Source: an uncultured Alphaproteobacteria bacterium (lineage in GTDB: Bacteria; Pseudomonadota; Alphaproteobacteria; Sphingomonadales; Sphingomonadaceae). Taken from it: a stretch of 45,138 bases of DNA. This document shows positions 37,671 through 45,138 of this stretch, piece by piece. Below the pieces are notes generated by a model, which worked only from the letters and a program-made list of their open reading frames with translations, was not told the DNA's origin and did no database searches. Numbering within the stretch: position 1 is the stretch's first letter; each line of letters begins with the position of its first letter. The stretch is from positions 1 to 45,138 of the forward strand of contig CAJAHV010000031.1 of assembly GCA_903939555.1 (NCBI GenBank). Reading direction: 5' to 3'. The position numbers were made by a program, and so were the translations under genes.

Positions 37671-38987
37671 ATGCAACCTTTTCCCTGGTTGGATACCGCC
37701 ATTATCATGGCACTCATCCTGCTCAACGGTTTCTTCGCCATGTCGGAGATGGCGATCGTTTCTTCGCGGCGACCACGCCTGCGCGGTTTGGCAACGACGG
37801 GATATCGCGGCGCTCGGTCGGCACTGGAGCTGGCCGAAAATCCCGGCAGCTTCCTGTCATCCGTGCAGATCGGCATCACGCTTGTCGGTATCGTCAACGG
37901 CGCCTATTCCGGCGCGACACTGGCACTGCCGGTTGGGCAGCGGTTGAGCGGCTGGTTCCGCTTCGAACCAGCGCTGGCCGAAGAGATCGGCTTTGCCGTC
38001 GTTATCGTGCTGACCACCTATCTGTCGCTGATCATCGGCGAACTGGTGCCCAAGCAATTCGCGTTGCGCTCTCCGGAAAAGCTGGCGTCATTTGTCGCAC
38101 CAATCATGAAGGTCGTCAGCCGCGTGGCACGGCCGGCGGTCTGGGCGCTCGATTGGTCGAGTGCGGCGGTGTTCAAATTGCTCGGCCAGGTGCGCCACGG
38201 CGACAATCGGGTGACCGAGGAAGAATTGCGCAGCGTCGTGCAGGAAGCGGAGACCGCCGGTGTGATCGAGGAAAGCGAGCGTCAGATGATCTCGGGCATC
38301 ATGCGCCTCGCCGACCGGCGGGTGCGCGGCGTGATGACGCCGCGCGGCGATGTCGACTGGATCGACGCCGACATGAGCGATGCCGAAATCCGCCGCCATC
38401 TTGCCGCCAGTCCGCACACCCGCCTGCCGGTGGCGCGCGGCACCGTCGATGACATCATCGGCGTGCTACAGGCGCGCGACGTAGTGCAGGCGCTGATCGA
38501 AGGGCGGTCGCTCGATCTCGTCGCGCTTGCCAGGCGGGCGCCGGTGATTCCCGATGTGGTGGATGCCGTCGATGCGCTCGCGGTGCTGCGCGACGCCGAT
38601 ATTCCGATTGCGCTAGTCCATGACGAATATGGCCATTTCGAAGGCATCGTCACTCCCGCTGACCTGCTCGCCGCGATCGCCGGCGAGTTTCGCAGCGATG
38701 TCGATGATGCCAATGACCCGCCAGCAGTGGAACGCGACGACGGCTCGTGGTTGTTTTCGGGGGCGCTGCCGGCCGATGAAATGGCCGACCGGCTGGGCTT
38801 CGACCTAGAAGCCGACCGCGACTATGAAACTGTCGCGGGGTTTGTCCTCGAACATGTCCGCCATTTGCCCGAAACCGGCGAAAGCTTCATCGTCCGGCAC
38901 TGGCGTTTCGAAATCGTCGACATGGATGGTCGCAAAGTCGACAAGGTATTGGCCAGCGCGGTCAAGGCCAACGTCATCATCGCCTGA
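37671..38987 (+). CDS. Hemolysin family CNNM/CBS/CorC_HlyC protein
   Basis: LILLNGFFAMSEMAIVS, QIGIT, GELVPK, MTPR, DEYG...GIVT..D and DMDGRKVDKV. SD GGAG; TATAAG at 37621. Confidence 0.93.
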   Translation: MQPFPWLDTAIIMALILLNGFFAMSEMAIVSSRRPRLRGLATTGYRGARSALELAENPGSFLSSVQIGITLVGIVNGAYSGATLALPVGQRLSGWFRFEPALAEEIGFAVVIVLTTYLSLIIGELVPKQFALRSPEKLASFVAPIMKVVSRVARPAVWALDWSSAAVFKLLGQVRHGDNRVTEEELRSVVQEAETAGVIEESERQMISGIMRLADRRVRGVMTPRGDVDWIDADMSDAEIRRHLAASPHTRLPVARGTVDDIIGVLQARDVVQALIEGRSLDLVALARRAPVIPDVVDAVDALAVLRDADIPIALVHDEYGHFEGIVTPADLLAAIAGEFRSDVDDANDPPAVERDDGSWLFSGALPADEMADRLGFDLEADRDYETVAGFVLEHVRHLPETGESFIVRHWRFEIVDMDGRKVDKVLASAVKANVIIA

Positions 38988-38988
38988 A

Positions 38989-40767
38989 CTATTTCGCCGG
39001 GCGCGGGTTCTTGGGCGACCCGGCTGCTTCGGCATAGGGTGGCACACTGGCGGCGAGCGGATCGAGCCGGACCCAGAGCGCCAATGCCGCCGCCGCAACA
39101 ATCAACGCAAGCGCCGCCAGCAACGCCGCGCGCCGCGACATCACCGGCAGCAGCGGCCATAGCAACAGCAGCAGCAGCGGCACGAAGATAGCGATTGCCC
39201 CGGGCATGGTTATGCCGACGCCCAGCAGCGCGAAATGAGCCACGCCGCCGATCATCGCGAGCCCGAACGCCGCCGCCGCCGCCGGCAACAGCAACCCGGT
39301 CCCCGCCAGCCGCCCGCCCGCCGCCGCCGGCAGCAGCGCCAACGTGGCAACCAGCAGTGGCCAGGCAAGGATCGGCGCGGCGGCAGGCAGCATCACCTGC
39401 ACCGCCACGACCCCGGCTAAATTGAGCAGCGCCAGCCCCAGCCAGCCGCCCCAGACATTGCGCCGGCCTGCCGCAACGCCGAGCATCAGCGCCATACCGG
39501 CCGGCACCAGCAGCAGCGCTATCAGTTCTAGCCGCGGCAGCGCCGCCAGCCGGTCATAATAGTTGGTCGGGCCATCGGCGCCCGACAGCAGGTTGCCTGC
39601 ATACAGCAGCACCGCCGCCGCCAGCGCTGCGCCCAGCCCGTCGCCGGCTCCGCCTGCGACCTGATAACCACGCCACTGCGGTGCGCGACGCCGTGCCACG
39701 AACAACAGCGCCAGCGCGATAGCCGCGACCACGACCCAACCGAAAGCCGGCGGATAGGCAATTATAAAGACGCCCAGCACATCGCTAAACACCGCATCGG
39801 GCGCTGCCGCCGGCAATTCGGCGACAGTGAGCAGTGCCCGGGTAATCGCCAGCGCCTGCCCGCCGATATGCTGGAGCGCGCCCTGATCGAGCGCATCGGG
39901 CGTCGCCAGCGGCGAATGATATTGCCAGGCGTCACCGACAAAGGCGAAATTGACGCCGGACAGGCCACGCTGTTTCGCCGGGGTGAAATCTGTGTTGTTG
40001 GGCAGCAATTCATAGATCTTGACCGCCAGCGAATTGGCCGCCGGATCGGACACCACCTGGCGGAACAGCGCGACCATGGCTCCGTTGCCGGGACCGGTTT
40101 CGAACATCATCGCCCGGCCGCCGCCACCACGCGCTTCAAGGTTGATGACCGCGCCGAGGCGCCCGGCGAGCGGATCGCCGCGCAGCGGCGGTGTGCCCTG
40201 CGGCGCATCCTTCGCAATCTCACCGAAGAAATCGCGGGCGCCATTCAACCCTGCCTCCTCGGCATCGGTAAATAGCAGCACAAGATCGCGCGCCTGGGCC
40301 TGGCGCGGGATGGCGCGGGCAATTTCCAGCGCCGCCGCAACCCCGGCGGCATCGTCGGCCGCGCCGGGGGAGCCAGGCACACTGTCATAATGCGCCATCA
40401 CTGCCACCGCCGGCGCCGCCGGATCGCGACCGGGGCGCAGCGCGATGATGTTGATGGCATATTCGGCCGGCGCGCCGCGCGATGCCATGCGCATCCGCGC
40501 CTTTTCGGGCAGCGTGACCCGGCTCTGCCGCACCATGAAACCCAGCGCCTGCAAGCGGCCGGTCAGATAGGTCCGAACCTCGATATTGGCGGCGGAGCCG
40601 GTCGGGTGCGGGGCCTTGGCGATAATCCGCACATCGGCCATGGCACGCCCGGCGGCGAAATCCATCGCCGGGGCCGTCGCGGGTTTCGGCAACGGCGTGC
40701 GCTGTGCGCCGAAGCCGATGATCGCGGCGATGAACAGAGTCATCACAAGCGCCAGCCATTTGCCCAT
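38989..40767 (-). CDS. Membrane-anchored M28 family metallopeptidase (PFF1/ERMP1-like)
   Basis: HPTGS, AHYDSV..SPGAADD, DAEE.GL.GA, NLEARG, PN.TDF and YHS, followed by multiple TMs. Start could be 40800, 40779 or 40767. Confidence 0.9.
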   Translation of the reverse strand: MGKWLALVMTLFIAAIIGFGAQRTPLPKPATAPAMDFAAGRAMADVRIIAKAPHPTGSAANIEVRTYLTGRLQALGFMVRQSRVTLPEKARMRMASRGAPAEYAINIIALRPGRDPAAPAVAVMAHYDSVPGSPGAADDAAGVAAALEIARAIPRQAQARDLVLLFTDAEEAGLNGARDFFGEIAKDAPQGTPPLRGDPLAGRLGAVINLEARGGGGRAMMFETGPGNGAMVALFRQVVSDPAANSLAVKIYELLPNNTDFTPAKQRGLSGVNFAFVGDAWQYHSPLATPDALDQGALQHIGGQALAITRALLTVAELPAAAPDAVFSDVLGVFIIAYPPAFGWVVVAAIALALLFVARRRAPQWRGYQVAGGAGDGLGAALAAAVLLYAGNLLSGADGPTNYYDRLAALPRLELIALLLVPAGMALMLGVAAGRRNVWGGWLGLALLNLAGVVAVQVMLPAAAPILAWPLLVATLALLPAAAGGRLAGTGLLLPAAAAAFGLAMIGGVAHFALLGVGITMPGAIAIFVPLLLLLLWPLLPVMSRRAALLAALALIVAAAALALWVRLDPLAASVPPYAEAAGSPKNPRPAK

Positions 40768-40855
40768 TCCCGCCCCCATGCGGCCTGTGCCGCGTTTCAT
40801 GTGTGGTGCCGCGTGATGGGGCGGGGCGCAACCCGAAATTCAGGTGTAACCGCGT

Positions 40856-41212
40856 TCAGGCCGGCATCAGTCCGGCACGCCGCAGCCACGCGATACCCGC
40901 GCAAACAACAAGCAGCATGACGGCCAGCGCCGGGCTCCCGCCGAGCACGGTGAGATGCGCGATCACGGCGCCGACCATGACCAAGGCCAGCAAGACGGCC
41001 GCAAAAGCCGCCGTGCGCGGTACCAGAAGGGCAATCCCGCCGCCGACTTCCAGCATGCCGGTCAGCAGCCGGAACCATTGCCCGATGCCAACCTTGGCAA
41101 AGACGACAACCATCTGCGGGTCGGCCATCAGTTTCTTCGAACCGGCGAACAGAAAGATGGCCGCCGCAGCGATCTGCAGCATCCAGCACAGACCGGCTAC
41201 CGTGCGGTTCAT
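40856..41212 (-). CDS. DoxX family membrane protein
   Basis: LQI..A.IFLFAG..KL, G.GQWFR..TG.LEV.G, VMVGA...H. ATGA overlap with the upstream gene. Confidence 0.88.
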   Translation of the reverse strand: MNRTVAGLCWMLQIAAAAIFLFAGSKKLMADPQMVVVFAKVGIGQWFRLLTGMLEVGGGIALLVPRTAAFAAVLLALVMVGAVIAHLTVLGGSPALAVMLLVVCAGIAWLRRAGLMPA

Positions 41213-42285
41213 CTGGCCCCGACCTTGACCGCTTGTTCCCAGGCGAGATCGGCGAGCAGTTCCACGCCTTCGGCGGTCTTTTTCGCATGGGCGCTTGCCG
41301 CAGTGCCGCGCACCACTCGGCCTCGGATGCCATGGATAATGCCAGCGAGCCGGAACATGTTGTAGGCGACGTAGAAATCAAGATGGGCGATGCCGTCACG
41401 GCCAGTGCGGGCGCAATAGGCGGCGACATATTCATCCTCGGTCGGGATGCCGAGCGCCGCCAGATCATTGCCGATCAGGCCCGTCGTTGCCGACGGCGGC
41501 ATGCGATACATCATCAGGTGATAGGAAAAATCCGCCAGCGGGTGGCCCAGCGTCGACAATTCCCAGTCGAGCACCGCCAGCACTTTTGGCTCAGTCGGGT
41601 GGAAGATCATGTTGTCGCAGCGGTAATCGCCATGGACGACGCTGGTTTCATCACCTGGCGGGATGTTTTCAGGCAGCCAGCGCACCAGCTTTTCCATCGA
41701 TGGCACGACGCCGGCGTCCTTGTCCTCCAGATATTGCCGCGACCAGCGGCCGATCTGGCGGGCAAAATAATTGCCCGGCTTGCCGAAATCCAACAGCCCG
41801 GCCTTTGCGACGTCGATCATGTGCAGATCGGCCATCGTCTTGTTCATCGCGTCGAAATAGGCGCGGCGGTCCTCGCGCGCCACGGTCGGGAAGGTGGCGT
41901 CCCAGATCACCCGGCCTTCGACACAGTCCATGATATAGAACCAGGTGCCGATGACATCATTGTCGGTGCACAAACCGAACGTGCGCGGCGCCGGAAAGCC
42001 TTGGCCGTGCAGCGCGGTGATCACCTTGTATTCGCGATCGACCGCATGAGCGGACGGCAGCAGTACACCCGGCGGCTTGCGGCGCATGACGTAATTCTGT
42101 TTCGGCGTCATCAGCTTGTAGGTCGGGTTCGACTGGCCGCCCTTGAACTGTTCAATGGTCAGCGGCCCGGCAAAGCCCTCGACATGCGCCATCATCCAGT
42201 CGGTCAGGCGGGCGATATCGATTTCCTGCCCGACACGGACGTCGCCAGTGCCCGAAAACTGCTGCTGGCGTTCACTCATTTCCAC
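41209..42285 (-). CDS. Phosphotransferase (APH / ACAD10-11 N-terminal kinase-like)
   Basis: QFKGGQSNPTY, RRKPPG.LLPSAHAVDREY, VHGDYR.DN and VLDWELSTLG.P. GTG start after AGGGGA. Confidence 0.92.
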   Translation of the reverse strand: MEMSERQQQFSGTGDVRVGQEIDIARLTDWMMAHVEGFAGPLTIEQFKGGQSNPTYKLMTPKQNYVMRRKPPGVLLPSAHAVDREYKVITALHGQGFPAPRTFGLCTDNDVIGTWFYIMDCVEGRVIWDATFPTVAREDRRAYFDAMNKTMADLHMIDVAKAGLLDFGKPGNYFARQIGRWSRQYLEDKDAGVVPSMEKLVRWLPENIPPGDETSVVHGDYRCDNMIFHPTEPKVLAVLDWELSTLGHPLADFSYHLMMYRMPPSATTGLIGNDLAALGIPTEDEYVAAYCARTGRDGIAHLDFYVAYNMFRLAGIIHGIRGRVVRGTAASAHAKKTAEGVELLADLAWEQAVKVGAR

Positions 42286-42312
42286 GGTACGTCCCCTTTG
42301 TCCTGCGCCGCG

Positions 42313-43566
42313 CTATGCCTTGCCGATATCGCGCCGATAAAAGCCGCCATGCCAGCGAATCTTCCTGATAGCGGCATAGGCAAGCGAGCGCGCCTCCCCG
42401 ATATCATGGCCCAGCGCCGAAAGCGCCAGCACCCGGCCACCGGCAGCCACCAGCTTGCCCGATGCCGCGCGCGCCGTGCCGGCATGAAAGACAGTTACGC
42501 CCAGCGCTTCGGCATCATCGATGCCGTCGATAACCGTACCGGTGATCGCCGTGCGCGGGTAGCCCATCGCCGCATAAACGATGGTCACGGCACTTTCGCC
42601 CGACCAGCGCGGCGTTATCTCGGCAAGCCGGCCCTGCGCACAGGCAAGAAGCAGTTCAGTCAAATCCGATTCGAGCCGCATCAGCAGCGCCTGCGCCTCC
42701 GGATCGCCGAAGCGGCAGTTATATTCAATGAGCTTTGGCCCCTGTTCCGTCAGCATCAGCCCGGCATAGAGCACGCCGGTATAGGGTGTGCCCGCCGCTG
42801 CCATGGCGGCCAGTGTCGGCATGACGATCTCGGCAAGGGCGCGCTGGAGCAGCGCCTCGGTCAAGCGCGGTGCCGGGGAGATAACACCCATGCCGCCGGT
42901 ATTGGGGCCGCTGTCATCGTCGAAGGCGCGCTTGTAATCCTGGGCCGAAGGCCAGACCTGAACGGTGGTGCCGTCGGTGATGACGAACAGGCTGGCTTCA
43001 GGACCGCTCAGGCATTCCTCGACAACCACAGCGCCCGGGATATCGGCAAGCGCCGCCAGCCCTTCCTCGTTGCTTTCGGCAACGGTCACACCCTTGCCGG
43101 CAGCCAGCCCATCGGCCTTTATGACCACCGGCAGCGGATGCACCGCGACATAATGATGAGCGTCCGCGCCCGAGGCGAAGCGCCGATAGCCGGCAGTCGG
43201 GATGCCGGCCTTGCGGCACAGATCCTTGGTGAAGCCCTTGGAGCCTTCGAGCTGCGCCGCCGCCGCTGTTGGCCCGAACACTGCGATGCCAGCGGCACGC
43301 AGCGCATCGACAACGCCGGCAACCAGCGGGCCTTCGGGGCCGACAACAACCAGCCCGAAACCCTGTTCAGCGGCATAGGCAGCGACGGCTGCCGGGTCAG
43401 CGATGGCAAGATCGACGCATTCGGCTACCGCCGCGATCCCTGCATTTCCCGGCGCGCAGACCAGCCGGCCGGTGCGAGGCGACTGGCGCAGCTTCCAGCA
43501 CAAGGCATGTTCACGGCCGCCGCCGCCAAGAACGAGAATGTCACAGATTTCAGGAGTCGCAGTCAT
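42313..43566 (-). CDS. purD: Phosphoribosylamine--glycine ligase
   Basis: [65 protein letters not shown] and YRRDIG. Confidence 0.97.
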   Translation of the reverse strand: MTATPEICDILVLGGGGREHALCWKLRQSPRTGRLVCAPGNAGIAAVAECVDLAIADPAAVAAYAAEQGFGLVVVGPEGPLVAGVVDALRAAGIAVFGPTAAAAQLEGSKGFTKDLCRKAGIPTAGYRRFASGADAHHYVAVHPLPVVIKADGLAAGKGVTVAESNEEGLAALADIPGAVVVEECLSGPEASLFVITDGTTVQVWPSAQDYKRAFDDDSGPNTGGMGVISPAPRLTEALLQRALAEIVMPTLAAMAAAGTPYTGVLYAGLMLTEQGPKLIEYNCRFGDPEAQALLMRLESDLTELLLACAQGRLAEITPRWSGESAVTIVYAAMGYPRTAITGTVIDGIDDAEALGVTVFHAGTARAASGKLVAAGGRVLALSALGHDIGEARSLAYAAIRKIRWHGGFYRRDIGKA

Positions 43567-43663
43567 GGCCGCGTCCTTAGGTCGTGAACGCCTGAATGGC
43601 TAGGCCCGGCGAACACTGCAAGCAGCCCTTTCCCCGTCCATCGGGGCATTCTATGACGGCGGT

Positions 43664-45109
43664 GTGGATGATCAACCAACCCTGCCGGGCAACACGCCCG
43701 AATATTCGGTCAGCGAAATCGCCGGCGCGCTGAAGCGCACGGTTGAAAACGCATTCGGCCAGGTACGGGTGCGCGGCGAACTGACCGGTTTCAAGCGCCA
43801 CGCCTCGGGGCACTGGTATGGCGCGATGAAGGACGAACGCGCCGTTGTCGACCTGGTCATGTTCAAGGGCCATGCCGCATCGCTGGCGTTCCGCCCCGAA
43901 GACGGGCTGGAAGTCATTGCCACCGGCAAGCTGACGACCTTTCCCGGCCGTTCCAAATATCAGATCGTCGTCGAACGGATGGAGCCGGCGGGCGTCGGCG
44001 CGCTGCTCGCCCAGATCGAGGCGCGCCGACTCAAGCTGGCGGCCGAAGGATTGTTCGACCCGCAGCGCAAACAGGCGCTGCCTTTCATTCCGCGCGTCAT
44101 CGGCGTCGTCACCTCGCCGACGGGCGCGGTTATACGCGACATCCTGCACCGGCTTGCTGATCGGTTCCCGAGACCAGTGCTGGTCTGGCCGGTAGCGGTA
44201 CAGGGCGAAACATCGGCTCGGCAGGTCGCAGCCGCAGTGCGCGGTTTCAACGCCATCGCCCGCGGCGGCCCGGTACCGCGCCCCGACCTTATCATCGTCG
44301 CGCGGGGCGGCGGCTCGATCGAGGATCTTGCCGCTTTCAACGAGGAAAATGTCGTTCGCGCCGTCGCCGACAGCCGCATCCCGGTGATCAGCGCCGTCGG
44401 CCATGAAACCGATACAACGCTTGTCGATTTCGCCGCCGACTGGCGCGCGCCAACACCGACCGCCGCCGCCGAACGCGCCGTGCCGGTGCGCGCCGATCTT
44501 ATTGCACAGGTGGCGATGCTCGGCGCCCGGCTCGATCGCGCCATGGCGCGGCTGGTGGCGCAGCGCCGCGAACGCGCCGAGGCGCTGGCGCGTCAGTTGC
44601 CGCCGGCGCGCGCCCTGCTGGCGATGCCGGTGCAGCGCGCCGACGATCTGTTCGACCGGCTGCCGCGTGGCCTGAAGGCCAGTGCCGCCTTCTGGCGCAC
44701 CCGCGCGATGAGTGCCGGTGCCGCGCTGAGGCCGGCGCTCATCCTGGCGCGCCGAGACACCGCCGGCCGCCAATTGGCGCAGACCGGCGCCACCCTTGAT
44801 CGCGCCGGCCGCGCGGCCATCGCCGCTGATCGGGCCCGACTGGTGGCGGGCAGCGTGCGCTTGCGACCTTTCCTGGTTGCAACCCTCGCCGCCCGCGCCA
44901 CCGCCCGCCTTGGCGAGGCCGGACGGCTGCTCGGCTCGCTGGGCCCCGAACAGGTGCTGGCCCGTGGCTATGCGCTGGTCCTTGCACCCGATGGCCGGCC
45001 GATAACCACGGCGCGGGCCGCCGGTGCCGAAACGCTGTTGACGATCCGCTTTGCCGACGGCGATACGCGCGTGACAACCGGCTTGCCGGTTCAGGAAAGG
45101 CTTTTGTAA
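43664..45109 (+). CDS. xseA: Exodeoxyribonuclease VII large subunit
   Basis: YSVSE, V.GE..G....SGH.Y, GVVTSPTGAVIRDI, RGGGSIEDL..FNEE, SAVGHETD, APTPTAAAE and LARGYA. Confidence 0.96.
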   Translation: MDDQPTLPGNTPEYSVSEIAGALKRTVENAFGQVRVRGELTGFKRHASGHWYGAMKDERAVVDLVMFKGHAASLAFRPEDGLEVIATGKLTTFPGRSKYQIVVERMEPAGVGALLAQIEARRLKLAAEGLFDPQRKQALPFIPRVIGVVTSPTGAVIRDILHRLADRFPRPVLVWPVAVQGETSARQVAAAVRGFNAIARGGPVPRPDLIIVARGGGSIEDLAAFNEENVVRAVADSRIPVISAVGHETDTTLVDFAADWRAPTPTAAAERAVPVRADLIAQVAMLGARLDRAMARLVAQRRERAEALARQLPPARALLAMPVQRADDLFDRLPRGLKASAAFWRTRAMSAGAALRPALILARRDTAGRQLAQTGATLDRAGRAAIAADRARLVAGSVRLRPFLVATLAARATARLGEAGRLLGSLGPEQVLARGYALVLAPDGRPITTARAAGAETLLTIRFADGDTRVTTGLPVQERLL

Positions 45110-45138
45110 TGCTCACCTCCTTGGGCCGCCCGGCGCGG
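45109..45138 (+). CDS. 5' fragment of next gene (MLTSLGRPAR...), possibly DUF2093
   Basis: ATG overlaps the xseA TAA (TAATG). Only 10 codons are visible; the family guess rests on recalled sphingomonad synteny. Confidence 0.4.
   Translation, partial: MLTSLGRPAR

Noticed and set aside
41233-43587. 784-aa + strand ORF spanning the kinase gene and purD
   Set aside because: Antisense shadow that runs through two genes because they share a frame; Arg/His-rich composition with no motifs. The same applies to 3611-4957, 7504-9051, 11455-12717, 12705-13934 and 32196-33137.

Overview
High-GC alphaproteobacterial chromosome segment. Gene order and content point to Sphingomonadales (inference: no lpxC after ftsZ; iorB-like/hemH/phbB/RHH and purD/xseA neighbourhoods). 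About 18.4 kb (1989-20410, minus strand) is a complete, mostly translationally coupled dcw cluster: mraZ-rsmH-ftsL-ftsI-murE-murF-mraY-murD-ftsW-murG-murC-murB-ddl-ftsQ-ftsA-ftsZ. It is followed by an EVE-domain gene and a convergent acyltransferase-3 gene. The rest is core or ancillary metabolism: cysteine synthase, an orphan family-5 binding lipoprotein, a DUF2177/PlsC-like/DUF1295 lipid module, phbB, hemH, a Tat-exported IorB-like molybdoenzyme, peroxiredoxin, YqgE/AlgH, rpmI-rplT, pheS-pheT, an OmpA lipoprotein, a CNNM/CBS protein, an M28 peptidase, DoxX, an APH-like kinase, purD and xseA. I found no rRNA, tRNA, CRISPR array, transposase or phage gene. I cannot demonstrate a new protein-coded system. 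The best leads are non-coding: (1) a ~175-bp multi-hairpin element between phbB and the RHH gene; (2) the mraZ promoter, with phased MraZ boxes, a co-oriented DnaA-box array and a GANTC site; (3) a switch/pseudoknot-like rpmI leader; (4) several apparently leaderless genes. An orphan IorB-like gene coupled to hemH is the best protein-level lead. All calls come from motif recognition by eye; no database search was run.
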